From an uncultured Litorivicinus sp. (GTDB taxonomy: Bacteria; Pseudomonadota; Gammaproteobacteria; Pseudomonadales; Litorivicinaceae), in the NCBI GenBank assembly GCA_902558075.1, contig CACECO010000008.1, positions 4,450-68,449 on the forward strand: a stretch of DNA of 64,000 nt, in the 5' to 3' direction. The position numbers and the translations under genes were made by a program. Positions 12,724-22,280 of the stretch are shown one piece after another. Below the pieces are notes generated by a model. The model was given only the letters and a program-made list of their open reading frames with translations, had not been told where the DNA came from and made no database searches. The number at the start of each line of letters is the position of its first letter. Position 1 is the first letter of the stretch.

Positions 12724-13323
12724 TGGCTAGTTCCTTGTTGCGCACATTGACCGAGAGCTTTGCATCCGCGTTACCCTTTGCTCCAGGTAGGTTGGCCAAA
12801 TTTATCGAGTCTTGAGCACGCTACCTGAGGCTTGGGGAATATTAAGTTTTATCACCTGTACTTTTCTTGTGTTCGATGGGCGTCTGTCGATTGAATTAAC
12901 AGATTATCAGTTGAATGCAGGTTTTATGTACGTGGGACTTTTTGGTGTGGTCGATAGGTCAAATAAGTCAAACCCAATGTTACAGGCTTTGAAAACTAGC
13001 CTATTCAGCAAAAGTTCCTAAGTTTTTTATTAGACATTAGTCTAATGCACGGGGTCTGAATCCATAAAAAACTATGGTACGGCGCATGGCCTTAAAACAG
13101 TGACTCGACCCCGTGGGTTGGACTATCCTTAACTAATCTACACTAGGAGTCGAAGTTAAGCGTGATCTCTTCGACTATAAATCATTGATTATTATAATAT
13201 AATTATCGATTCTTCACAGAGCTACAAACTCTACTTCGGATTAATAGGATAACGGTCGATCGAATTGTGTCCGAAAAATATCTCAAATTAGGAAAAAAAA
13301 TTTGTTGGGCGACAAGACGAGCT

Positions 13324-13337
13324 TTGGTCTCTATCAA
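13324..13337. promoter_or_regulatory. Candidate FNR/Anr-type (CRP/FNR family) binding site
   Basis: TTGGT-CTCT-ATCAA matches TTGAT-N4-ATCAA at 9 of 10 positions; lies upstream of the porin. Confidence 0.3.
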
Positions 13338-13356
13338 AGTTTGACGGAAGCATTGG

Positions 13357-13385
13357 TTGTTCATTTGTCACAGTTTAGTTAGTGT
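13357..13385 (+). promoter_or_regulatory. Candidate sigma70 promoter of the porin
   Basis: TTGTTC-17 nt-TAGTGT; an alternative is TTGTCA(13365)-17 nt-TACGTT. Confidence 0.35.
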
Positions 13386-13391
13386 ATTACG

Positions 13392-13510
13392 TTGTGGAAT
13401 CGATTTGGACTCCACGCCTCGGCAGGACTAGCTTGCCTGCCTCTGGGGGTAACCTAGATAAAAGAGGATACTTAAGTAACCTTTAAAGTTATTAAATGAG
13501 GGAATCTCAA
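13392..13510 (+). promoter_or_regulatory. Structured 5' leader of the porin mRNA
   Basis: Consecutive stems GTGGA/TCCAC, GGCAGG/CCTGCC, TCTGG../CCTAGA, TTAA-TAAC/GTTA-TTAA and TGAG/CTCA over the RBS. Confidence 0.5.
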
Positions 13511-14356
13511 ATGAAAAAAATTATTGCTGCTGCAGTGGCTTCTGCGTTCATCGCACCTGCGTTTGCTGCCGACGTAACCGTTTCTGGTTCACAAGAGTGG
13601 AACTACCAGGATAACAACGGTACCACCACGTCTGAACTTGATGGCACGTTGGCTGTCGGTGCGTCAACTGAAACTGCCAATGGTCTGGGCGTTAGTATGG
13701 CTATCAAGCTAGACGAAGCTGGTTCGGCCGACGGCGGCACAAACTTAGCTATTTCGGGTGAATTTGGTACGATGTCTTTTGGTGATGTTTCAGGTGCTGT
13801 CGACCAAGTTGATGACATCAACGACTGGGGCTATGAAGCAACTACCGGTGTAGGTGGAGATGATGCCATGTTATTGTGGGCTCTCCCTTCGATCGCACCA
13901 AACCTCTCTGTTTACTTCTCTGCTGGTACTGACAGCTCAGAAGGCGGTGGCCAAGACGGCACAAACCATACTGGTGTGTCCTTCGAATATGCTGCTGGTC
14001 CAGCCACAATTGCATTTGGTCAGCAGGAAACCGACGGCGGAGCGGAAGAGCGTATTGCCAGCATTCAAGTTTCAATGCAGGGTTTGACAGCAGGATATGA
14101 GCTGTTCACAGCGACTACCGCTGCGAGCGTTGATACAGATACAACTTCTGTTGGTGCTACGTACGCAATGGGTGACGTGACTTTCGCAATCGAAAATAAC
14201 ACTACTGAGTCAGGCTCTACTACTTCGGCTGATCTTACAGCGATTGGTGTTCATTATTCTCTTGGTGGCGGCGTAACTTTGTTCGCTGAACAGAAAGATG
14301 ACGCGAAAGATTCAACAGCTGAGACTACTTACTTAGGCGCATCTTTCGCGTTCTAA
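13511..14356 (+). CDS. Outer membrane porin (Porin_4 / Rhodobacter-type)
   Basis: Signal peptide MKKIIAAAVASAFIAPAFA; amphipathic beta strands; GEFGTMSFG; C-terminal YLGASFAF; GAGGGA RBS. Confidence 0.9.
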   Translation: MKKIIAAAVASAFIAPAFAADVTVSGSQEWNYQDNNGTTTSELDGTLAVGASTETANGLGVSMAIKLDEAGSADGGTNLAISGEFGTMSFGDVSGAVDQVDDINDWGYEATTGVGGDDAMLLWALPSIAPNLSVYFSAGTDSSEGGGQDGTNHTGVSFEYAAGPATIAFGQQETDGGAEERIASIQVSMQGLTAGYELFTATTAASVDTDTTSVGATYAMGDVTFAIENNTTESGSTTSADLTAIGVHYSLGGGVTLFAEQKDDAKDSTAETTYLGASFAF

Positions 14357-14380
14357 ACGAACTCGAGAGCGTCAACTATG

Positions 14381-14407
14381 AAAGCCCGGCGTATGCTGGG
14401 CTTTTTT
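14381..14407 (+). terminator. Rho-independent terminator of the porin gene
   Basis: AAAGCCCGGC-GTAT-GCTGGGCTTT followed by a T run. Confidence 0.88.
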
Positions 14408-14585
14408 ATATGTATATCTGCCTAGTACCTGAGCCTCCGCCTGAACTGCAATGTTTTTCCGAGGCAATTACGAGTCTGAAAATTCAATAGCTAGTAAGTA
14501 ATGCGTTGGCGTCAGGGCGATCTTATTATCGCTCAAAAGTGCTCGAGAGAGTATTGCGGATTCCACCGGACGTTGTGTACTGATC

Positions 14586-15035
14586 CTATAGTGCTCCCAG
14601 GCTTTTGTAACCCCGGGCCGTTGGCAGTGATTCGTTATTTTTATCTGTTTTTTTGTCTTTGACTGAGTAGGTTTGTATTGATCTATCTGTGGGAGCATCT
14701 GAATCACTTTTTTTATCTTCAAATATGTCGTGCTCAGATAAGTTTGAAACGTCACGAAAGAATGAGTCAGACACATTTTCTCTAAAAAAAAGAGTATCTA
14801 ACTCTTCTCGTGTTCTATCGCCTGCGTACCGAATGCATTGATCGGAAAGTTCAGAGCTAAATAAGTTTGCTAAAAATGTTTTCTGATTTTCGTTCTGTTC
14901 GTACTTACAGTTTTCAGCGTGCCTTTTGAATATGGCTTGGATATCAATTGCGTTGACCACCTCCGTTCCAATTAAAAACATAAACGGAACAATGATTCGT
15001 TTCACACAATGACTTATTACATGGTTGAAATGCAT
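14586..15035 (-). CDS. Hypothetical protein, possibly exported
   Basis: 149-aa ORF in AT-rich DNA; hydrophobic N-terminal segment and charged C-terminus; no recognised motif. Confidence 0.45.
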   Translation of the reverse strand: MHFNHVISHCVKRIIVPFMFLIGTEVVNAIDIQAIFKRHAENCKYEQNENQKTFLANLFSSELSDQCIRYAGDRTREELDTLFFRENVSDSFFRDVSNLSEHDIFEDKKSDSDAPTDRSIQTYSVKDKKTDKNNESLPTARGYKSLGAL

Positions 15036-15732
15036 CTCTTGGGTCGCCGTTGTTCACAAACGATATAGTTGTAGCATAATGTCTGATGTACGTTATCTCC
15101 TCAAGGCTTTTATTCGATAACTGGTGCTGGTTCTTTGCCCACTAATCAGGGTAACAATAACGGTGTATCAGAATAAGTGAATTTAAGCGAGGAGGACATT
15201 GGTTGTCCTAAAGGCATACATACGGATTTTGCTCAACACTAATTTTTTTCTCTTCTCTTCTTTTCGTGCGGAATTTAATACCTCTCATTTGCGGAGTTGC
15301 ATGCATTGTCCCATATTTATCCCCTGTAAATTTCTGTTTTTTTATAAAGCTATTTCAGAAATTAGACTCCTTGCCAGATCAAACCTAGCTCCAGTTTCTT
15401 GTCTAGCCACCGTTTGTTTCGTAAGGTCACAGACGCAGTCTCTATTGCATTGCTTTCGCGCAACTCAACGAGTCCCCTAGCCTAGTATTTGACATATTAT
15501 TTGAAGGGGCTTGACACAACATATAAATTTCGATGCGTTCAGCAGATTTGTTTTTACGGGTATCTATATGCTCCTCATAACTGTATTTTATTTCGATAAA
15601 TAGGCTATTAATGAAAGAAGGCGAGCTCTTCTTGCTAGTCATATGTGCTGAACATATCAGAAAGAAATTGTGTCCATTTGATATTTTGTCCGATAACATC
15701 CTGATATAGAAAATCCTTTCACGAGACTCGAT

Positions 15733-16500
15733 ATCAAAACATCACTAATCATAACTTCGTACAACTGGCCGGAAGCACTTGATTTGGTATTAGCCTCCGT
15801 GGCAAACCAGCGCGTGATGCCAGATTTTGTTGTTATCGCAGATGATGGCTCTGATGAGCGGACCAATGGGCTTATAGGGTCATGGAAAAATAAGTTACCG
15901 TTAAAACATATATGGCAGCCTGATACAGAATTTCGGGCTGCTCGTGCGAGAAACTTGGCTTCGTTAAAGTCTGATGCTGAACATCTTGTTTTTATCGATG
16001 GTGATTGTTTACTACCACCTTCATTTATTGATAACCATCGAAAACTGATTCGAACTGGTTTAGCCATAGCAGGAAGTCGATATTTGCTGAATAGAAGGCG
16101 TTCATTAAATTTAGTCAACGGCTCAGAAAAAATATCTGGGAAACTATTCGCTCATCCAAAATTTATTAATATTCCGCTCGGAATCTTGCGTGATGCAAGG
16201 CCCCGTGCGTGGTGTACTTTTAGATCTTGCAATTTTGGAGTGATGTCAACAGATTTTTTCGCAAATCGCGGATTTGATGAAGCTTACGTGGGATGGGGTA
16301 GAGAGGATAGTGATCTAATTGTACGGATGTTGAATTTGGGTTTAGTAATTAGATCAGGTAGATTTGCGACTTGCGTATTGCATTTAGATCACCCTACTCA
16401 TGACCGCCAAACTCTACACAAGAACAATAATCAACTAAGTAGGGTTATGTCTGACGCTTCTATATCGCGTCCCATGGCCACTTCACTTGAGGATTTATGA
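15733..16500 (+). CDS. GT2 glycosyltransferase (start uncertain)
   Basis: In-frame IKTSLIITSYNWPEAL precedes the TTG at 15784; ADDGS, RAARARN, FIDGDC, GFDEAYVGWGREDSD. Confidence 0.85.
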   Translation: MKTSLIITSYNWPEALDLVLASVANQRVMPDFVVIADDGSDERTNGLIGSWKNKLPLKHIWQPDTEFRAARARNLASLKSDAEHLVFIDGDCLLPPSFIDNHRKLIRTGLAIAGSRYLLNRRRSLNLVNGSEKISGKLFAHPKFINIPLGILRDARPRAWCTFRSCNFGVMSTDFFANRGFDEAYVGWGREDSDLIVRMLNLGLVIRSGRFATCVLHLDHPTHDRQTLHKNNNQLSRVMSDASISRPMATSLEDL

Positions 16501-17357
16501 AAGTTTCTGGATTTACTTTTTTGCGGAACGCCGCTGCTAATGGTTTCCCTTTTGAGGAGAGCATAACGTCAATTTTACCGATAGTTGATGAATTTATTTG
16601 TGTAGTGGGTGATGGGGATGACGATACTCTCGAGCGAGTGTATGCGATCGAGAGTTCAAAAATTAGAGTCATTCAGTCGCAGTGGAATGAATCAATGCGT
16701 GATCGCGGATTTGTATATGGTCAACAAAAGATGCTAGCGCAGTACAATTGTAGCGGTGATTGGGCGTTTTATCTTGAGGGTGATGAGGTAGTGCATGAAG
16801 ATGATAGGTTCCACATACGAAAAACTATGGAAGATAATCTATCGAATTTAGAAGTAGAAGCGCTTTACTTTGATTTTTTTCACTTTTACGGAACCCCAAA
16901 ACAGATAGGTATTTCAGGCTACCGAAAAGCACCTAGAATTATCCGAAACTCGATCCGTTCGATTGCACCCGATGGACTTTTCTGGATCGTCATGGAGAAG
17001 AATAAGAGAGGACGATATCCAAAAGCGAAGCATGCCAATGGGCGGATTTATCATTACGGCCATTGTAGAAGCGTTGAAAAAATGAATAAGAAATTGATGC
17101 AAGTTGGAAAATATTGGGGATCAAGTCATGAGGCCTTTAAGGGTTATGGTTCAATCGACGTGGCAGAGTTACGGCCTTTTGATGGAGACCATCCGAAAGT
17201 GATGGAACATTGGTTAAAGACTGAAGCAGAAAGGGTGTTTCAGCCGGATCCCAGTTATAAATTATCTAGACGTGATTATAGAAATCGAATTCGATTTTGG
17301 CTGGAAGAGAAATTGAATTTTGAATTCAGTAAAAAGCATTATAAAGTTATCAAATAG
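16497..17357 (+). CDS. GT-A (GT2-like) glycosyltransferase
   Basis: MKVSGFTFLRNA, GDWAFYLEGDEVVHE, IYHYGH. Confidence 0.85.
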   Translation: MKVSGFTFLRNAAANGFPFEESITSILPIVDEFICVVGDGDDDTLERVYAIESSKIRVIQSQWNESMRDRGFVYGQQKMLAQYNCSGDWAFYLEGDEVVHEDDRFHIRKTMEDNLSNLEVEALYFDFFHFYGTPKQIGISGYRKAPRIIRNSIRSIAPDGLFWIVMEKNKRGRYPKAKHANGRIYHYGHCRSVEKMNKKLMQVGKYWGSSHEAFKGYGSIDVAELRPFDGDHPKVMEHWLKTEAERVFQPDPSYKLSRRDYRNRIRFWLEEKLNFEFSKKHYKVIK

Positions 17358-17523
17358 CGGATTTAGGTGTTCATTTGGCATCCTGTGAAACTTACTTACA
17401 TAGATTTCTAGGGCTAAAAGGTCTAAATCGTTGGATCCCTAGATTATCAATATTTAACGGTTGCTTGTGAGGGGATAAGTCTATTTCTTTGGCTGAGACA
17501 TAGCGATGTTAATCGCATAATTT

Positions 17524-18258
17524 TTATTTATTTCTGCGATTGTCCTCGTAGGCAGTTAGCAACTTGACTAAAAAGAGATGCGGCAGTGTGTGCCAAGTTA
17601 TGGGAATACGCGGTAATTGAAGTAGATCATCGTTATCAGTGGCTCGGGCCCGGGTCATAGTTACGGCGGATAAAAATCCTGCTGCACTGACAGCACTCAT
17701 GATGTTGTTATTGTAGTGGCCATATGGATAACAAAAGGTTTCTACGTTGATTTTTAAATTGTTAGCCAGTTTCTTCTTTGCGTTTACTACTTCTGATTCA
17801 AGGTCCGTTTTGGGATCAATCAAGCTTCTGTGACTCATTGAGTGACATCCAATTTCAATGCCTTGGTCAACGCAACCATGGAGTTGTTTCCATGACATTA
17901 ACGGGTTTGCACTTATGCCATTATTTTTTTCTGTGTCCCAGACATTTGATTTGCCGACTAATCCGGCGACTGGGAATACTGTGGCTGAAAAATTGTGCGC
18001 GTCCAGGATCGGCAATGCTGTATTGTAAAAGTTTACATATCCGTCATCGAATGTTAGTGCCACTAACTTCTCAGTCGATCCAGACCGTAACGCGTTACCC
18101 GCGTCCATTACTGAGCAGCCCCTGAATCCTAACTTTTTTAAAATAAGCATTTGCCGCTTAAAAGCATTTGGTGCCACGTGAAGACTCTTCATCACTTCTG
18201 ATTTTTCTATAAGTTTGATGCTGTGATACATCAGAATGGGGATTGTTTTGAACGCCAT
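17524..18258 (-). CDS. Polysaccharide deacetylase (CE4)
   Basis: ILMYHSI, LTFDDGY, GCHSMSH, FCYPYG. Confidence 0.92.
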   Translation of the reverse strand: MAFKTIPILMYHSIKLIEKSEVMKSLHVAPNAFKRQMLILKKLGFRGCSVMDAGNALRSGSTEKLVALTFDDGYVNFYNTALPILDAHNFSATVFPVAGLVGKSNVWDTEKNNGISANPLMSWKQLHGCVDQGIEIGCHSMSHRSLIDPKTDLESEVVNAKKKLANNLKINVETFCYPYGHYNNNIMSAVSAAGFLSAVTMTRARATDNDDLLQLPRIPITWHTLPHLFLVKLLTAYEDNRRNK

Positions 18259-19085
18259 TTGGTGATCTTTTGTTTTGCGATTGTTAAAACAGGTCGTGAC
18301 ACACGGATACGGTGTACCATAACTCGGTGATTTTCGAAATCAGTTTCGCCGTAGGTATCAAAGAAACGTTTCAAGATAGGGGTGACATATTCTTTTTTTC
18401 CGGTAGAGGACCAATCATCCGTCAGTTTGTGCGCAAAGCCAACATTTAAACCTCTGAGTCTAGCAACTTCAGCTAAAGCAAACTGCTCGACCGTATGCGC
18501 CTCAACCTCGGATTCTAACGTAGAGAAGAGACTAAATGCTTGATCTAAATAATTGAAGTGTTCAGTGGATATTCCAATGATAGCTGAACCGTACATCTTA
18601 GAATTTTTGGTGAGGCTATAATAGTTCTTTTCCCATGGAATCTTTTTATTTTGTAGAGCTAATTCGAATTGCCGGATACTTTTATTTGAACTAGCTACAA
18701 CGTAGCCTTCATCCTTGTACATTACAATTGAATTGTTGCTGATTGAATTCAGGAGAGTCTTGGGATCTTTTGTCCAGAACATGTCGGTGTCTAGAAGTAC
18801 CAGTTTTGAGGCTTTACTCGTTCTGAGCGCCCACTGAAGCGCTTTCAGTTTTATGCCAAAGTGTTGAATACCGTTTAGGCTCCAAGCTTGTTTTTGCGAT
18901 TCATCCAGCGTGAGAATTCTCACTGGGTATGTTTCGAATAGTTTGGGCTTATCGGTTATTACGCAGATGCTGATATCCCGCCTCGAATACCACCTTTCCC
19001 AACATTTTAAAATTTGGAATTTTGCTCCGTGGTGATAGCCGATTTGTTCGCCGTAAGCTACAAGTACATGCTCAATGATGTTCAA
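18231..19085 (-). CDS. Hypothetical protein, probable GT-A fold transferase
   Basis: ICVITD, LLDTD (DxD), EQFAL; glycan-locus context. Confidence 0.55.
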   Translation of the reverse strand: MNIIEHVLVAYGEQIGYHHGAKFQILKCWERWYSRRDISICVITDKPKLFETYPVRILTLDESQKQAWSLNGIQHFGIKLKALQWALRTSKASKLVLLDTDMFWTKDPKTLLNSISNNSIVMYKDEGYVVASSNKSIRQFELALQNKKIPWEKNYYSLTKNSKMYGSAIIGISTEHFNYLDQAFSLFSTLESEVEAHTVEQFALAEVARLRGLNVGFAHKLTDDWSSTGKKEYVTPILKRFFDTYGETDFENHRVMVHRIRVSRPVLTIAKQKITKWRSKQSPF

Positions 19086-19259
19086 CCAATTTGCGTCGTG
19101 TGCCAGACTCGCAGTGTAGCATTTGAGTTCTCACAGAAGTACTTATTGTTTAGTTTATAACTCAAATGTTTGTCCCCAAACCCTTGCATAGAGGAGTTGT
19201 TAACGCGGAAATTTCGCATTATCATTTGATCTGCTTAATTATTCGATCGGATTTCTCTA

Positions 19260-20015
19260 ATGCTCGACTTCCCAATATATGTGGTGACTGCGGGCCACCT
19301 AACCGATCGACATTTGCACCTCAAGAATGTCGCTGATAAGTACAACCTAACTTTTGAATTTATAGAGTCATTCGATCCTAAAGACTTAGAGGATCTTCCT
19401 GAATTACGCGCTAAATTTGGGAAAAACCTTCCAATCAATTCGATTTCTTGCTTTCTCAAGCATTTTGAGGCCCAAAGGCGATTGGTAGCATCTGACAACG
19501 ATTTTTGTATGATTCTCGAAGATGACATCGTTTTTTTGGAAGATTCACTAGAGATCAGACTAAGTTCGGTTCTGTCACAAATACCTGATTTAAAAGAAAA
19601 ATGGCTAATATTCCTCGGTGGGGCTGACAATAAACTCGATTCGCACTTTTTTCTTGAGGCCAACCCTTCATTGTTGCTAGAAGCGCAGATGACCACTGCC
19701 GAGGCTTATTTGGTAAGCAGGGAAAGTTGTATCGAAAGATTGAAGTGGTTCGAGGAGGCTAATTTGATTGATAATGCCTTAGACCACCTAATCACTCGTT
19801 TAGATGAAGAATTGGATATCCAGCATTTTCGTCCAGTATGTGCGCTGGCAACTCAAGGATCAATTACAGGCAAGTTTGAAACAACGCTCGATGCGAGCCG
19901 TGGAAAGCATTCGCGAATATATTTGCATGTGAAATATTTACTGAATCGATTTCGGCGTCAATCTTTTCCGCGATTTGTTGCATCGATACGAATAGCCTTT
20001 GGTGCTTTCAAATGA
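19260..20015 (+). CDS. GT25 glycosyltransferase (Lex2B/LgtE-like)
   Basis: ISCFLKH, ILEDD, TAEAYLVS. Confidence 0.85.
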   Translation: MLDFPIYVVTAGHLTDRHLHLKNVADKYNLTFEFIESFDPKDLEDLPELRAKFGKNLPINSISCFLKHFEAQRRLVASDNDFCMILEDDIVFLEDSLEIRLSSVLSQIPDLKEKWLIFLGGADNKLDSHFFLEANPSLLLEAQMTTAEAYLVSRESCIERLKWFEEANLIDNALDHLITRLDEELDIQHFRPVCALATQGSITGKFETTLDASRGKHSRIYLHVKYLLNRFRRQSFPRFVASIRIAFGAFK

Positions 20016-21334
20016 CTAGACTATTAAAGGGTTTCGAAAACAATTTATTTGTAGCGCCAGTTCAACTTCTTTTAACAAATTTAATGACCGAAGATGATAA
20101 AGCTATTTTTGTTGCGAGATTGTTGGTTCTTGCGATTGTAATATCAATGACGCGAGCTTTCGCTCTGGTGTCTTTGCTGGAGCTAGCACTTTGTCTTCTA
20201 TTTGTCTGTAATTCTAAATTGAGATCCCTATTTTTGGGAGCTCTCTCGGATATTCGCGTTTCTCTAACCATGCTGTTTTGGGTGTGGGTATTTGTTGCAA
20301 CGCTCTGGGGTGATGCATCTTTGGCTGAGCGGTTTGAGGAATGGTGGAGCTGGCGAAAGTTAATCCTGGTGCCAATGGTCTTTGGGTTGTTTTCAACCGA
20401 CTCATCTAAGCGCTGTTTACTTTGGGCTTTGATAGGAATTTGCACAGTTTTTATGATTGGATCCTGGGGTGGTTATTTTGGTCTTATCGAATTAGATCGA
20501 GAGCCTTCCAAGTTGCTAGAAAATCATGCAACACAAGGAATTTTATTCGGTGCGTCCGCTTTATTTCTTTGTGGTTTGTTATTCCAAGGTGTGTCGATCA
20601 AAACCTTCTTAGGTAAAAGCGTCGCAATCCTTCTAATTATAGGATTTGTTTCAAACATTATGCTGATATTGACAGGTAGGAGTGGTTATTCATTTTTACT
20701 CGTGACCTCGACCGTCTTTTTCTTTCTTGTACTGAAATTGCCAGCATTATATCGGCTGGGTGCAGCCACGGCTTTGTTTATCATGATTTCTGCTGGTTTC
20801 TTTTTTTCAGAGACGGCTAATGAGCGCGTGAGAGCGGCAATTCACAATATTGAGCATGCTTTTGATGCCTCATCCATCAATACGTCCTTAGGTATGCGCA
20901 CAGTTATGTGGGTGAATACTGTTTATGTGATCGATAATCATTTTCCATTCGGCACTGGTTCAGGCTCATTCAAAAATGCATATGCTGAGGTAGTTAAATC
21001 TGAAAGTGGATGGAGATCACAAGTATCTGATGATCCTCATCAGCAGTATCTGCATATTGCTGCAGAACAGGGAATCCCAGGATTAATTATATTTTTGGGT
21101 GCTCTGAGTGCTTGGCTTTTGACAGTAAGACTTTCCTCGAACGTTTATCATTATCTCGGAATAGCTATTCTGATGGGGACTGCCGTAAATGGTTTCGCAA
21201 ATGGCCATTTTGGCACTTTTGTAGAGGGACGGTTGGTTTGGATATACGTTGCTGGTTTATTGTCTGGTACCTCAGGTTGGATTTTTGTTATGCCGCCGTT
21301 TTTTACGAACACCATAGTAACTAAATCTAGGTAA
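20012..21334 (+). CDS. O-antigen ligase family (Wzy_C) membrane protein
   Basis: Many TM segments; TGRSG, TSLGMR, FGTGSG, DPHQQYL..AEQGIPG. Confidence 0.87.
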   Translation: MTRLLKGFENNLFVAPVQLLLTNLMTEDDKAIFVARLLVLAIVISMTRAFALVSLLELALCLLFVCNSKLRSLFLGALSDIRVSLTMLFWVWVFVATLWGDASLAERFEEWWSWRKLILVPMVFGLFSTDSSKRCLLWALIGICTVFMIGSWGGYFGLIELDREPSKLLENHATQGILFGASALFLCGLLFQGVSIKTFLGKSVAILLIIGFVSNIMLILTGRSGYSFLLVTSTVFFFLVLKLPALYRLGAATALFIMISAGFFFSETANERVRAAIHNIEHAFDASSINTSLGMRTVMWVNTVYVIDNHFPFGTGSGSFKNAYAEVVKSESGWRSQVSDDPHQQYLHIAAEQGIPGLIIFLGALSAWLLTVRLSSNVYHYLGIAILMGTAVNGFANGHFGTFVEGRLVWIYVAGLLSGTSGWIFVMPPFFTNTIVTKSR

Positions 21335-21335
21335 G

Positions 21336-22280
21336 GTGACTAACAACTTGAATTATAAAAAACAATATTTCGAGGCTCAGCAAAAAGAAATAGAACTTTT
21401 GTTTTCTGCTGAGCAGGCTAATCCAGGTTCTATTTTTGAGCTAGTACCCTGCCCGTTGTGTGGTTGTTCAGACAGTTCTCCAAAATATATTAAGAATAAA
21501 TTTTCCATTGTTCGATGTCTAGATTGTTCTTTTATCTATACGAATCCTCGGGTAGCGGAGAATGTTTATCGAAGCAGATTGACCCAATCAGAATCGTCTG
21601 AACTATGGGCGCTGCATCAAGAATCCGATGGCGTTAAAGCTTTTAACAAACTCCAATATGAATTCTTTTTTGAAGGGGTAGGGGGTTATACCGCAGGCCA
21701 ACGATATTTAGACATTGGCGCTTCGACTGGGGTTTGCCTCGATATAGCTAGAGAAAAAGGTTTTCAAACGTTCGCAATTGAATGGAGTGATACTGCTCGA
21801 AAAATGCTTCAATCACGAAACCATAGCATTATTTCTGGTTTAGAAAGTAGTGTTGAGGTTCCTTTTGATTGGATTTCGTTTTATGAAGTACTGGAGCACC
21901 AACACGATCCTAAAAAATTCCTTAGGCAAGTAAAGAGTAAATTGAATTCTGGCGGGATAGTTAGCTTGTCGGTGCCTAATATCAATAGTATGGCTTGTTT
22001 GATTATGGGATCTTCAGCAAATTCGATTGATGGTTTTCAACACCTTAGTTACTTTTCTAAAACCAGCTTAGTCAGTATGTTTTCTGAGATTGGCTTTGAT
22101 CTGATATATGTGGATACGTCGATTTCAGCGATTGATCAATTAGAAGCTTTTTTCTTTGAACAGGGAACGGAGGTATCTAAATCCTGCCTTAACTGGATAG
22201 CTCGAGGTTCGGATGGAAACCCGAAAGATGTCGGCCTCGGTTATAGAATCAGGGCAATCTTCAAAAATAAAAATGAATAA
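21336..22280 (+). CDS. Class I SAM methyltransferase with N-terminal Zn-ribbon
   Basis: CPLC..CLDC, YLDIGASTG, EVLEH..DP, VPN. Confidence 0.85.
   Translation: MTNNLNYKKQYFEAQQKEIELLFSAEQANPGSIFELVPCPLCGCSDSSPKYIKNKFSIVRCLDCSFIYTNPRVAENVYRSRLTQSESSELWALHQESDGVKAFNKLQYEFFFEGVGGYTAGQRYLDIGASTGVCLDIAREKGFQTFAIEWSDTARKMLQSRNHSIISGLESSVEVPFDWISFYEVLEHQHDPKKFLRQVKSKLNSGGIVSLSVPNINSMACLIMGSSANSIDGFQHLSYFSKTSLVSMFSEIGFDLIYVDTSISAIDQLEAFFFEQGTEVSKSCLNWIARGSDGNPKDVGLGYRIRAIFKNKNE

Noticed and set aside
12812-13021. 69-aa ORF and a CACGCTACCTGAGG stretch resembling part of tRNA-Leu(GAG)
   Set aside because: TTG start with no clear RBS; the tRNA similarity is too short and has no cloverleaf
13186-13208. 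Fur-box-like AT-rich palindrome
   Set aside because: Only about 11 of 19 matches to the consensus in AT-rich DNA
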